Source of the DNA: Phoronis australis
Taxonomy: Eukaryota; Animalia; Phoronida
Reading direction: 5' to 3'
Assembly (NCBI GenBank): GCA_002633005.1
Contig: NMRA01000569.1
Span: 1 to 64,000 of the forward strand
Length of the DNA stretch: 64,000 nucleotides
Shown piece by piece: positions 1 to 12,643 of the stretch. Both the position numbers and the translations under genes were made by a program. A model generated the notes under the pieces. That model did not search any database and was not told the origin of the DNA. It saw only the letters and a list, made by a program, of their open reading frames with translations. Every line of letters begins with the position of its first letter. Positions within the stretch are counted from its first letter, which is position 1.

Positions 1-136
1 GACAGTGGATTGGACGTCCAGCAACAATCAGCACCTTATGATCTGAAGTCAGCTTCAGCACCAGGTTATTGTCAAGAATCTGCAGACTGCCATCTATTGG
101 ACTGATGGCAAGTGACGTAGGCCAACGCAGTGTCAC
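1..136 (-). CDS. TENM: Teneurin internal exon (NHL repeat region), continues beyond window start
   Basis: Reverse strand reads tttag|[45 protein letters not shown]. This matches the teneurin motif (V.L.WPTDLA.NP.D.SLY.LDNN......AGRP.HC) and is in phase 0 with exon 759-916. Confidence 0.9.
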   Translation of the reverse strand, partial: MTLRWPTSLAISPIDGSLQILDNNLVLKLTSDHKVLIVAGRPIHC

Positions 137-758
137 CTAAAAGCATAGCAAACATTTCGTTTTAAGATCACGCACACTGGTTGTGAATAATTTAATGCTC
201 ATACTCAGCTCAGAAGAAAAAAATCTGACAAATTTCACGAAGATCTTTCACCAAACTTAATGTGAATATATATTATTGTCATAAGTAATCATCTCATTAA
301 CATTTTTGCCAAACTTCACGGTGATCCTATCACTCGTTTGGTAGATAATCAATGAAAGGGTGACCAAAATACTAAAACTGACACACCAGGAGAACGTGAC
401 GGAACATTCCAGAAATTGTCACATGACACACCCTCTTCAATACATTTACCAAATTTTGTAAAGATCCATCGAGGGACTTGGCAAATACAAAAACATATGG
501 ATATGCGGGTGTATAAAAAGCCACACTTGGGTAACAATTAAACCAGTTCTCCCAATATGACATGAGTAATTACCGGTACAAATTTGGACCGCAAAATTAT
601 GGCGAAAGTTATATATTATAACCAAGTTGATAACCCCTGTTGATAAAATTGTGTAGGACACAGGACACGCCACTCTTGTGCATAGTTTGCATATCAGGTT
701 CTTCTTGAGAGAAGTTTCAAATTTGCCGGACAAGTAAAAATGCATAAGTTCCCCCTAC

Positions 759-916
759 CTCATCCCTGTTGGCAGGTCGGTCACACGGTAATGGGTTCCA
801 GTCACCTGGCTGACCTTGTGACCCCAGTAGGGTGTCAATTTTCCCGTCAGTAGTTATGGTGCGGATATTGGCACCATCGGCGAAGTAAATCACACCATCT
901 TTGTCAATGGCAATTC
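759..916 (-). CDS. TENM: Teneurin internal exon (NHL repeat region)
   Basis: ctcag|(G)IAIDKDGVIYFADGANIRTITTDGKIDTLLGSQGQPGDWNPLPCDRPANRDE|gtaggg. Resembles teneurin G.A.DK.G.IYFVDG..IR.....G.I.TLLGS....PL.CD. Confidence 0.9.
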
Positions 917-1394
917 CTGAGTAAAAGCCACAAAGTAATAAGATTACACTAAGTTTTTTCAAGGAATGGTTAACATTGCCCTGAATTTATTTTTGGCTAA
1001 AACATAAAGACATTATTAATACATGGTGATACCTCAAGAAGTCTTACGTGTTCATGCATTTAGAAACCTGTGCTCATCAACTAGAAAAAAAAAAACACCC
1101 GCTCACATCAATTTCCAAGATCTCATGTTATTTTTTGAAAAGCCACACAAAGGCAAATAAGCAAGAGTAATCAAGGTTTGAAACTCCAGGATTTGCCAAG
1201 CGGTGAGTAGAAAAACAAATTCCACATCATTTTTGCAGGTCTCAAGTGGATTTTCTTGATTGGAAAAGTGAGCAACTAAAAAATCGTACCAGACTCGACT
1301 TCCAAAAAAGTAACAAGAATCAACTAATGCTTTTATGACCCAACAGATATTGAGTTGATTATCACAGTTTCACAGTTCAAAAAATTTACCACTA

Positions 1395-4300
1395 CGGTAA
1401 AGTCGCGTGATTTTCGGACGGCCCGCCATTTTCGACCAAGAATAAATATTTCCGAAATGAGTTTTTCATAGTCCACGAAATTCGTACAAGGTCCAAAAAC
1501 TGTTTTTCAAAGATTCTCGAATTTCGGACATTGTCATAAACATCGGAATTTTGTCCCGTGACTTTCGGACAAGGAAAATTTTAGAAACGGTAATTTGGGA
1601 TCGACGCTATTTTCGTGTCACTAAAGCGTTCAAGGGATGATTACTACTGTATATAAGGCTTGAGTCCGAGAATCGGTACAACGGGTTTGTAATTTTTACC
1701 TTGTCTTGACGATGTCACGACTGTTACTCGATTGTCTTGAGTTTAGCTTGTGTTTGGCGCTTTAGCTATGAAAAGAATCGCCCGAGTTCGGCATAACGAA
1801 AATTTCTGATGGAAATACAAATAGTAAATACACCGAAGGCTGCAACTTTTCGTTGTAGCGTAACATGTGCTGTGTTTAAATAGGCCGTGCTGTTCGACTC
1901 CCGACTGTGACATTGAACATGCACGCCTGACATCAACTTGCGTGTTTACGAAACGTTTTTATTTTAAAACGTCCTAGCCTTTGCAAATGCCCTACGATCG
2001 CCGGACAATAAGTTTTGCTGCCACTTACCTGCATCCCGGCGAATGATTGAAATCTTCGTGCGGCCGTTCTGGGCTTGCTTAATAATTTTGAATGGGACAG
2101 TTAGCAAGGAATGAGCCACCACTGACTAACAGACGTTTTTCTGACAACGCAATGTTTGGGTTGAAACGAAAATTTTTCATTAAAAATCTGTTTGCAGTTC
2201 AGACGCCTTTCGTTTTTCGGTGTCTTCTTGGTAGTGCTCATTCGTGTAATGTGTTAAGCAGTGTAAGGCCCAGCACTCAGAACGGCGCGTTGGCGCAGTG
2301 CCGCACACGCAATTGCTTCAGGGACACTGCATCCCTGTCTTATGTTGTGTAAGTGCCTGTACTATAACACATATCAAAAACTAATATACACCCACGTAAC
2401 CACGCTTCACTACCAAACTGAGGACACCGGGACATGGGCGGCGCACCATAGGGGACTGGGGAGCCTATAACCTCCCACTTTTTTCAGTGCTGCGCCGCCC
2501 AAGCGGTACCCTGTGGCACTCGATCTCTGTCTGCGGCGACCGTTAGAAAATCCTCCAATCATTTCGAAAAATGATAAGTCAGTTAAATCAGATTTTATAG
2601 TCGTTCCTTCTTGCGGTCCTAGGGGTAGGCTAACAAGAATACAGGACCTGCAGTCCGATGCAACGAGCCTGGGTGTTTCCGACCTGGAGTTCCATATCTA
2701 CTTTCCACAGGGCCTGGTCTTCTTGTCTATGTCCCCGCCTTCAGTTGACAGTTTTGAGACAAAAAAGAAACGTCATTGATCTTAAACCACAGACCATGCT
2801 TTTTGTATTACTTAAGATAGTTTTAGAGGCATTTCAGCTGTAAGTGTATTTAATTGTGTTTGATTCGAAAGAGATGACTGTTACATTGCTAATTATTATT
2901 GTTCTATTTTTACCCGAGGTGATGCCTTACTTGCAGCAAGGGTAAATAATTTTGGGAAGTATTACCAGCGATTTCCGTATATAAGTTCGGGAAACCAAAC
3001 GTCTACGTAAAAGTACACCAGGGCCTATACTCGGCAATGTCGAATACACGAACACAGTATAAATACTGTATCTCACCCTAATTATATTCTNATGCCGAAT
3101 ACACGAACACAGTATAAATACTGTAGCTCACCCTAATTATATCCTAGTGGGAATAGCATTATTTTTAGCATGCATTTTTATTCTCAGATATGTATCCTAG
3201 GTATATTTTAGGAAAAAAATTAAGATACGTAAATTGGCCATATTTTCTTCTGGATTTATATACGGAAATTTACAGTGGATCTTCTTAAACCTGTAAACCA
3301 TGAAAATTTCATTGAGACAGTTTTGTTCTACTAACATGTTCAACTAACATTCCGTTCATGCAAGTCGGTCAGTACGTTCGCATTTAAGGCGTTATTGCAA
3401 CAGGTAAGTGTTGTTTTGATTTTTGTTTGGTACTTCTATATTTTATTTTGTTATGTATTCCTGTCTTCAGATAGTCACTGTTATTCTTCAACAACATTTC
3501 TGTACTTATAATGAGACAGTAAACTCGCGACTGTTCATACTTTAAATGTTAGCAGAAGTGTGTAGTGTCCATCAGCAGAGACCTGTGGGAAGNTCCTAGG
3601 TATATTTTAGGAAAAAATTTAAGATACGCAAATTGGCCATATTTTCTTCTCGATTTATATACGGAAATTCACGGTGGATCTTCTTAAACCTGTAAACCAT
3701 GAAAATTTCATTGAGACAGTTTTGTTCTACTAACATGTTCAACTAACATTCCGTTCATGCAAGTCGGTCAGTACGTTCGCATTTGAGGCGTTATTGCAAC
3801 AGGTAAGTGTTGTTTCGATTTTTGTTTGGTGCTTCCATATTTTATTTTGTTATGTATTCCTGTCTTCAGATAGTCACTGTTATTCTTCAACAACATTTCT
3901 GTACTTAAAATGAGATTTCAGTAAACTCGCGACTGTTCATACTTTAAATGTTAGCAGAAGTGTGTAGTGTCCATCAGCAGAGACCTGTGGGAAGAACTAT
4001 TTTCCGTAACTGTAGCAAATATATGACGCAATGAAATGAAAACGGTCGAAATAGATGAATTGTAATTGGTTAAATGTATATTAAGAAAGAAAATTAAAAT
4101 TGTATATAAATAGTAGACCGGTTCTTGAATTGCCTGGTTTACGTCCTTCATGAGTTCACCTGTTCCAAATTGAATGCTTTCGTTTTTCTTTTCAGGTCGT
4201 CACTAGTCGATTCTTCTAACAGTCGTGATATGCCCATTAGCCTAACGTGCGCAACAACGGTCTTGGCAGGGGGTTGCACCAAGCAGACTCCCTTAGAATT

Positions 4301-4658
4301 AGTGGCACAAAATCGACATTGGTGTGCAGCAGGAGGCCGAGGGGGGGGGAGGGGTGGCGGCGGACTGAGGGAGACTNTTATTGGGAAAGCCAGATTTTCA
4401 AAAATTAATCGCTCAGACCATTTGAGTCTCATTTACCTGCAATTATACTGCTACCAAATGACCGAGCCAGCATTGTTGATACTACGACCGCTCATCGAAA
4501 TAATGTACAGCCACGAAATTCGGACACTAGCGGAAACCCAAATTTGGAGGTCCGCCAAATTCGGACACCACAAAATGATATTTCGCGAGATTCGTCCAAG
4601 AATGAATTTTTTCTATTGGAATTAATTTTCAGTGTCCGAAAATCACGCGACTTTACCA
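1395..4658. mobile_element. Non-autonomous TIR DNA transposon (Tc1/mariner/pogo-like, TA flanks)
   Basis: 24-bp perfect inverted repeats ggtaaagtcgcgtgattttcggac (1396-1419) and gtccgaaaatcacgcgactttacc (4634-4657). TA lies outside each end (1393-1394, 4659-4660). Subterminal ttcggac motifs recur and no transposase ORF is seen. Confidence 0.65.
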
Positions 4659-5066
4659 TATATAAAATACAGCCATCAAAATGAACAGAAATTCCCACAT
4701 AGTGTAAATGAGGTGAAGTCGAAGTCACCAACTTCAAACTCAAATAAAGTTAGTAATGGAGAATTTTCCAGTTTGAGCAATAGGAAAATTCTAGTTGGGT
4801 TTTATTACATGTAATGAAGGGATACTTACTTACAGAACTTGATGTAAAACATAGGGTTTGACCCCATAGCACGAACCAACAAATAATTTTCAAAGGTGGC
4901 ACTTAATGGGTCTTGTGGTATTTACAGATTGTGGAAAGCAAATTGATATTAGTTCTCAAAAACATAACTTCAAACTTCAATGACGATGGAAAAATAGCTT
5001 TCATAACTTAATTTAATCTGATGCTCTGGCTTTTATACATAACTTCTGATCATCTTTGAGGTCACC

Positions 5067-5117
5067 TCAGTTGCTCTTCATAAATATAAGCACAAAGTTA
5101 TTTGCTGGCATTGATAT
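5067..5117 (-). CDS. METTL26: METTL26 last coding exon
   Basis: ttcag|ISMPANNFVLIFMKSN*. Matches the METTL26/DUF938 C-terminal MPANN...IF.K motif. Confidence 0.92.
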   Translation of the reverse strand: MSMPANNFVLIFMKSN

Positions 5118-5169
5118 CTGAAATAAATATGAAACAGTTCTGAGACAATGAAATCCTTGCTTAATGGTA

Positions 5170-5563
5170 CCGGGTTTTCCGTAGATAAGCGCACCCAATG
5201 AAATGCCCATGGGCGTTTATTTAATGTTACAACTTCTAGTGTCAAGTGTCCAGATAGCAGGGCGTTTATTCACAAAATTTCCAATTGAAAGCTCACTAAG
5301 CATTGACTTTTGGCCACAAATTCAGTTTTGTGGAGCATTTATGATTTATGAAAACGAACAAAGTGCTGGTGAACTATGCATTTATTAACATAAAACTTAA
5401 AAACACTTTTAAGTAGAAAATGTCAATCAGGAAATCTATGACTTTCCGTTTACACGCCCCTTTTCCAAATACATGCCCGGGCGTTTATTTGGTGTTACTA
5501 AAAAGCCTGAAATTTTTCATTTTCTGAATACACGCCCATGAGTTTATCTACAGTAAATCCCTG
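5170..5563. mobile_element. MITE, Tc1/mariner-like with TA flanks
   Basis: Imperfect TIRs ta-ccgggttttccgtagataa and ttatctacagtaaatccctg-ta. Internal gggcgtttat motif is repeated. Confidence 0.45.
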
Positions 5564-5856
5564 TAAAGATTGTGGTAATCCATGCAACTGGATACATGTA
5601 CCTTACAAGATGAATGGAGTGTTTTTCACAGTTATAGTTGTCGAGCCAAAATAATTAGTTGGCTGATCCTAGTGAATTTAGGAATAACACATAATTACAT
5701 TCTTCTGTAAGTGACACAACATTAGAAAGAACAGACCATCCCATCTTATAAGCTTCATTTATCATACAATGTAAAAGACTACAATAAAGGACCACTAAAG
5801 TTTCCATTACTTTCAGAAATTGCGTTAAACTAAGATATTGAGGCCAAGAACCTTAC

Positions 5857-5935
5857 CTTTTTCACCAGAGACATGCAACTTTCCCTTGCCATTTTCTCCA
5901 AGTCTCGAACATCTTTTAATCCCCAATCAGGATTG
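5857..5935 (-). CDS. METTL26: METTL26 coding exon 7
   Basis: aatag|(S)NPDWGLKDVRDLEKMARESCMSLVKK|gtaagg. Conserved NP.WGL.D motif. Confidence 0.92.
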
Positions 5936-6866
5936 CTATTAAAATAAAACTCGGGAATAGTCTTATGGCTTTATATGACATCTGTGAGTCAACTAGAAAT
6001 AACACAGTTTTGTCCTTACCATCCAGAGTAACCAACACACCTACTCGGGACTGTTGAAACTCCTGATGGACGAGCCAATGCAAATCGGTGATAATAGGGT
6101 GTCCAGTTTATAGTTCAAGATAGCATCCCAGTTATTTGCTTAGTGCATTTTGAACGAGGAAATAAGTAATTATTTCATTTGATTCAAGCAGTTATTACGG
6201 CAATAATGGTCCACCATCTGTACATTCTCAATTCATGACCTGTGATCATTGCACACAAGGCTCGATGTCCTTATTCACCCAGCCCCTGCTGAGTTAGCCC
6301 ATTTTACTTCCAACCTGTACACCTTGATGACTGGTTTGTTTTGCAAGGGATCAACTTTTCCAACTGCACTTCTAGTTGAATTCATAGACAAAATTTGGAC
6401 TCCAAGAATTCTAAAGGAAGACATTGAATGACTTTTCAGCCATAGCTTAGAATGACCAATGACAAAAAAAGGAAAAAAATTCCCAGGTGAATTATCTTTC
6501 CACAAATAAATAGGTATGTGTGATAGAAATAATTTTTGAGAAGCAAAATAATTATTAAAAAGAGACAGAAAAAGAGGAAACTGGAAATGAAATAAGACGA
6601 AATCGAAATCAAAAAAGAGGAAATCCTTTTTATAAAAGAGGTATTAAATTCCAAGCCCTGTTCAGTGCCAAAATGTTTTCCTTTTTACTGCTAAGCAGAA
6701 AAATAGGTACCGGAAAACTTGTAAAAATATACGAACTGGAAGCTGAGATTAGGACACCGAGACGCCTCTGCTGAGAATTTCATGACAAAATATTGCAGTT
6801 GCGAATCTGTCCATGATCTATGGTAACAACCACAAAACTACATTCATTGGGTATAAACTAACTTGC

Positions 6867-6934
6867 CTTGACTGAAGACTGCGATTGAAACGAACATTGG
6901 ATTCAGGAGATATCACACCATCTTGCATGTAAGG
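6867..6934 (-). CDS. METTL26: METTL26 coding exon 6 (GC donor)
   Basis: ttcag|PYMQDGVISPESNVRFNRSLQS(S)|gcaagt. Conserved PY...G.ISP.SN..F motif. Confidence 0.9.
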
Positions 6935-7224
6935 CTGAAAGCAAAGAATCTGGCATTAAATTTTGCAGAAACTACAATATGGACCAATCACAAAATTTAA
7001 TTGGAGAAAGAAGCATAGAGCTGCTACAGGTGAAAGTTGGCACCATGGGTAAAAGTGATAACCGTTAAATTATAAGTTGGTTACACTAACATCCCGCCAG
7101 AGGAAAATGATTTGTTGTATTATAGTTCTTATGCCACCTTTACATAATACTGACACCACTAATGTCTCACAAATGAAATTTTTACTACCATACACCGGGT
7201 TTAAGGCGCATCATGTGTACTTAC

Positions 7225-7284
7225 ACCATACGTCAGCAATATTGCACCAGGTTTGAGAAGTTCTCCTGCAGCTTTAAAAAGGCC
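7225..7284 (-). CDS. METTL26: METTL26 coding exon 5
   Basis: ttccag|GLFKAAGELLKPGAILLTYG|gtaagt. Confidence 0.93.
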
Positions 7285-7942
7285 CTGGAAGCAACATCTC
7301 GCATTGTAAATCAAACCTGCAATTCCACCATTTGAGATGGCAAATTAATATTGAGTCTTATAGTGCTCAAAGAGTGCGTAAAATATTTTGAAGCTGTGTT
7401 TCAGTTTGATTAAAACAAAAATCAAATGAAGCCTTTTTGGTCTCATAAAAGTGGTCTCCTACTGTACAATAGCTATTACTGTGATCAGACTCTATTTCCA
7501 ATACTAACACGAACATCCAAACCATCAGTAACTCAAGAAAACACTTTGGAGTTTATTGGGGTTCAATTGTGAACCCAAAAATGCCCATAGAACACTTTGC
7601 TTTGATAAGATTGGCCAGCTCATCTGGCAATTCAAGAACGGACAATTGCGTTGCAATGTTTCTAAACTTGAAACCACTTAAGTTAAGACTTCAACATTAA
7701 CAGCTAAATTAACAGCACCAAAATTTCCCTTTATCTTGAGCATCCATGTTGAAACTTACGGAGGACTGTTCCAAAACTGTGTCAGTAAAAACTAATGATA
7801 ATCTTCCATTGCAGAATTTTGTCTATCCAGTTAGCACTTCATCTATTGCCAGCGTCTGACATGCAGTTTACATTTCACCGTATACATCATCAACTATTTA
7901 AGAATTTAATGTTCTTATGCCACTCATTTTCCTCATACTTAC

Positions 7943-8114
7943 AACAATAGCCTTCATGTCTGTGATATGAATCATGTTGATACAAACGATCAGATCACAA
8001 CTGTTCTGCTTCAGGGACGACACATTCCACTCACAGACCGGTAGAGAGACATCAATGAATGCTGGAGGTAAGATATTATTCAGCTGGCTCTTCTGCATCA
8101 TGTAGCCAGCAGTG
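7943..8114 (-). CDS. METTL26: METTL26 coding exon 4
   Basis: tgcag|(S)TAGYMMQKSQLNNILPPAFIDVSLPVCEWNVSSLKQNSCDLIVCINMIHITDMKAIV|gtaagt. Contains the CINM.H motif. Confidence 0.92.
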
Positions 8115-8303
8115 CTGCAATCAAACATGAGTATAACTGTTCCGTTTACTCCTGCTTCAACTGATATCCTGCAAGATTTTAGTTGATATGGATGGACGTT
8201 TGTATTCAAGTCATTTTAAAGTCAATTAAAAAATTGTGGGCATTCACGACAAAGTTAGTAGCCTTTGAAAAATGAAAATTATGAATTTAATACGCACGCA
8301 TAC

Positions 8304-8391
8304 CTGTACACACAATTTTTTTCACAGTCGGATGGTAACCAGGTAACATTAGGGAGGTTTTCAGCAAAATGGACCACATGTTGTCCTGTTC
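8304..8391 (-). CDS. METTL26: METTL26 coding exon 3
   Basis: ttgtag|(G)TGQHVVHFAENLPNVTWLPSDCEKNCVY(S)|gtatgc. Continues the SAM-binding motif and contains W.PSD. Confidence 0.93.
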
Positions 8392-9189
8392 CTACAAGAA
8401 TAAAATGACTTAATACAAAATAAGATAAAGGAAACAAAGAGAAATTACCATGAAACTGTATGCAAAACAAGAATTGTACATTGACACTTGGCTTCAACCT
8501 CAAAATTCAACTGCTAACTTCCTGGTAGTTTGGTAATTGAGCCCATATGTTATGATAACAAGCTTGTTGTGCATGGAATCTGCAGTATCCATTCAGAATG
8601 CATGTTGCAACCTATGCATGCATAGTGATTATCAACATGCTTTGCCGCCATACGAATTGGCAAGATTGCTAATTGTACTTGTTACGAGCACACAACCATG
8701 AACTCATGAAATCAATGGGGCATTTGAAGGAACGAACAAGCAAAAGTTCATCCATTCTCAGACTTAAATGTTTTTTATTACCATACTTGTCAACTGTCCT
8801 GCTGTCATGGAGTGTCCCGGTTTGATTAAGGTATGTCCCACATGCCGCCCCAGCCTTTTGACACTCACAACTGACAACATGACATATTATTTGTGTGAAG
8901 GCAACCCACACTAAATAACTCAGTCTGTGTCTCATGTTTCAATATGGACATGACTGAAAAACCACTGAAGGTATAAACTTTCTGGGTGTTTCAGGAGACA
9001 TATATGGCCAAGATGTAGATGTCCAACTTTTCATTTGGGAATGTTGGCTATTAGCTTTTACATCAAATTTGAATTTCATCATGCTGATTTTAAGAACCAC
9101 GCTGATTTTGAGGACACAACGATGAATTCTGCGCGCTCACATCAAAAAAGAGTATTTTATGGGATTCCATAACAAAGTCATGCCTATAC

Positions 9190-9335
9190 CTGAAGCTAGC
9201 TCCAAGGCAAATAGATTGTTCTGTAGATCCACATTTTCCTTAATAACGTTAAGAATACAGTCCTTGTTATTCTCGGCAGCAGGTGCTGACAATATCTTTA
9301 CTTCTTTTAATGAGAATCCACTCACAGAGTGAACA
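9190..9335 (-). CDS. METTL26: METTL26 coding exon 2
   Basis: ttcag|(S)VHSVSGFSLKEVKILSAPAAENNKDCILNVIKENVDLQNNLFALELAS(G)|gtatag. Contains the AAE.NK..IL and LE.ASG motifs. Confidence 0.92.
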
Positions 9336-11726
9336 CTGAAATAAAATAGTTCGTTATTAATGTCTTTCCAAGAATTGTAAGATGACACTTAATTGGTTTA
9401 CTTCAAAATTCAACCGAACTGCTGCCTGGTGGTTTAGTAATTGGTTCAATTATGCACACCCAGCAGAACTCAAGAAGTACATAATATGGCAACATTAAAC
9501 AAATGTTTAGGCTGTAAAAGTCACATTTTTGCTGAGCTATTTTTAACATTCAAATACTTAAACATGTGTACTTTTCATGAACTCTTCAAATATTACTTAA
9601 AACAAACTTTCAAAACAAAAATTTAGAAATGTCCCCTGGTGTGTTTATGATGGTGATTATCTAGAGAACGATAAAATCAGCAGCATGAGGTGATTTAATT
9701 AACTACAACAGCATGGTGTTTTTGATCAATATCAGCAGATTCCAAGGTACCCAAACTGGTGGAGTTGTCCAATCTCTGACTAGTGGGGATGTCAAAGTAC
9801 TAGGATTCTTTTCATGGCCTCAGTGCGAGCTGTGTTGAGAGAACTCGATCATGGTATAGTTCATATATTAGTCAGCTATAAACAAATATGTTAAACCACT
9901 AATCAGCTGTATAGCCTCCTCGCAGCCCTTCCGGTTCCATATAGGATAGGAATATGAAAATTATTGAGGGACACAGATATTGGCCGGGACACAGAGATTT
10001 GATATGAAGTTTCAAGATGCACACACACCATAATTATGCTACGTAAAAGCATCAGGATGTTCTCGTCATCCAGAAAGTAAGTTCAAATCTCAATTTGGAT
10101 TCCAGTGATATTTATTCTATTGATGATAATTAAGATGCCATTCAAAAAAAATCTCACTATAGTGAGAATGCAATGATACATTCCAGTGAGAATCAAATTT
10201 TAATACTCGCACGCATTCCCACTCAGTGAGAATTTTGTCTTCCTGTCGGCATTGGTCACATATCCTTACTGAAAATCTCACACAGTGACATTCTCATTAG
10301 TGAGATATAAGATTTGTGAACTACAGTTACTCATTGCTATTGAAATCAGGTGAAAGTTCAAACCTACTGGAATTAATCCAAATGCTGCTTTTGTATATTA
10401 TCTTGAAAAGTGTCTGCAGATAAACTCAGCTTTTGATACTAGGTGTTTGACTTCAAAGTGCATTTTGTATAAACCTATTTTATGTAACCCCTTTAATCAC
10501 TATAGCACTCAGCTTGTTGAGGAATTTAAAAAAAAATGTATTAAAAAAGAATGCACTGCGGTTATACATGGGCCATAGGAATCAAAACATTTATGGACTT
10601 CTCATCTACAGACCAACTTAACCCTTCAGCAGGCTGCTGAGCCGCAGCAACTGCATGAGACAAATCCCAAGCTCTGGAAGTTTTCATACCCCAACGCCTA
10701 AACGAGCCTGTGACTAACCCGTCATAATCGATTCACTATAATGCTCGTTGCTCTAGCCATGATGCTCAAGAAAATCTATATGCAATTCGCATCTATTTGC
10801 CAAGAATGTCTCTTAATGCCTCGATTTTCAAAATTCAAAAATGGATATTTACTTTTTAATTCTTTCATGTTGGTCGTTTGTCTTAAACTTATCATTTGGT
10901 TTTTGACTCTATAATTTGTATGCTCATAAACAGGCGTGATGATTTAATTACGACTGCAATTATCTCTTCCAACACATTCAGCCAAGCCCATGCATGACGG
11001 CATTTTCAGTTCTCGTTCAGTGACTTTTCCAGACATAGAGGGTTGTGAGCTTGTGATAACATCTAGCTTCTTCCGAAAATGCCAAGCACAGTATTTTGTC
11101 TGGTATGACAACAGGCAGGCCAATTATCTACCAGGCTTATTACAGACCACGTGTGAACACGGTCAAACCCAGAGTGAATTAATTGGTACGTTCGGAAAGA
11201 ACAGATTGTCGTAACTTCAGTTGTAATTGGGCAATTTTGGCAATTCAAAAACTAAACATGATCACCATTTGACAAGGATTTCAGAAATGCTATTGGTCTA
11301 TGTTCAAATATATTATTTTTAACAGCACAGCCACGTCAGGCTAGATACAATCTTATTGCAGATTAGAGCATCAAACAAAAGAGCGCAGGCCCTCCAACCA
11401 TAAATGCCAGAATGGAGTTAATCAGTCGTGTAAGATATTGGCTACAGGGGTCATCTTTCCAACTTGTTGTTGGGCTATAGAATCGAAAAAAGTTGGGAGC
11501 AACCGGAAAACGCTGTAATGAATAACGAGTAGCTCCCTTCAATCCATGATGGTACCAATCAAGCCCTTAATGTGCCGACAACTTGGCTGGATACTCTGGT
11601 AAATGGTGCACGCTTTCTCATCCACTTTTGTCCAAATCTTGTCAGCGCAAGGTTTGCATAATGGTGGGAATTGATGTTCTATTGGGGTTGGGTGAAACTT
11701 TCACAAAATAAAATCAAACAACTAAC

Positions 11727-11740
11727 CTGCAGTCAACCAT
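11727..11740 (-). CDS. METTL26: METTL26 first coding segment (MVDC-S) within exon 11727-11872
   Basis: Exon bounded by ttgtag| and |gttagt. ATG GTT GAC TGC AG is in phase with exon 2 and has an upstream in-frame stop. The total CDS of 678 nt gives 225 aa. Confidence 0.65.
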
Positions 11741-12643
11741 CGTCCTCTTTTGCCAAAACCAGTCTTTTTGGTATCTGCCAAGAATGTTCTCACATTAATC
11801 TTTGTGACTTTTAGCCAGTATATGTCCAATATTTTAAAGAAACTTGTTATATCCAACAAACACTGGCAGCACCTACAATCAAAATTATCAATTAATGCAA
11901 CAGCACAGCTATGAAGATTTTATCAAGTGGCTGCCTCTAGTGAACACTGCTGACGGACATCAAGGCATGAACTAAAAAAATGACATAGGAATGAACTATA
12001 ACTAGAACTTCATTCACTTGTTCAAGATAGCTAACCAGGGGCAGATCCAGGATTTCGAGTTAGGGGGGGGCCAGGGCACACGGCTAAATCACAATAAAGG
12101 TCCGTATTCGAGAGTTGACTGTGTTACGGTCTAAAATAAATTTTTTTGGTCACTTAACAAATGCCAACTGAATCTCATATGCAAAGAGGTACTTAGTTGT
12201 GCAAATTAAAAAAAGAATCATCAAAATCGGACAATGTTTGAGAAATTTATGCATGATTTTGTCCATGAATTTCATGCATTTTTAGCTTTACGAGAAGCCA
12301 TTTAAAAAATCAAAATTTTCAACTGTCAACAGTAGAAAAGAAAGTAATTTTATTAGGTAAGCAATTGATTAGATATGACTGGGAATAACTTGAGTCACTT
12401 TCAGAATCACATACTAGATGAAGTTGTGTTTAATCATTGAGAAATTGTAGGGTTCATCATAAAACAGGCACTCGTTACGAAATTTGTAAATTCTGTGTTT
12501 GTAAACCTCACCTACTGTAAAGAAGGTTAAAAACTGAAGTTCACACTCTGTAATAAATAGAACTGCAGAATACGTTAGCCTATCATCAAAGAAAAATAAA
12601 TGGCCATACAACATTATGTTACCATGTGATGCAGAAACAGTGA

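Noticed and set aside
3195-3994. ~400-bp direct duplication (and a ~50-bp one around 3091)
   Set aside because: The copies abut exactly at single-N joins and differ by a few SNPs and indels. They are most likely overlapping haplotype contig ends.
4125-4625. 166-aa ORF as a transposase
   Set aside because: It spans an N, has low complexity, and shows no DDE or HTH signature.
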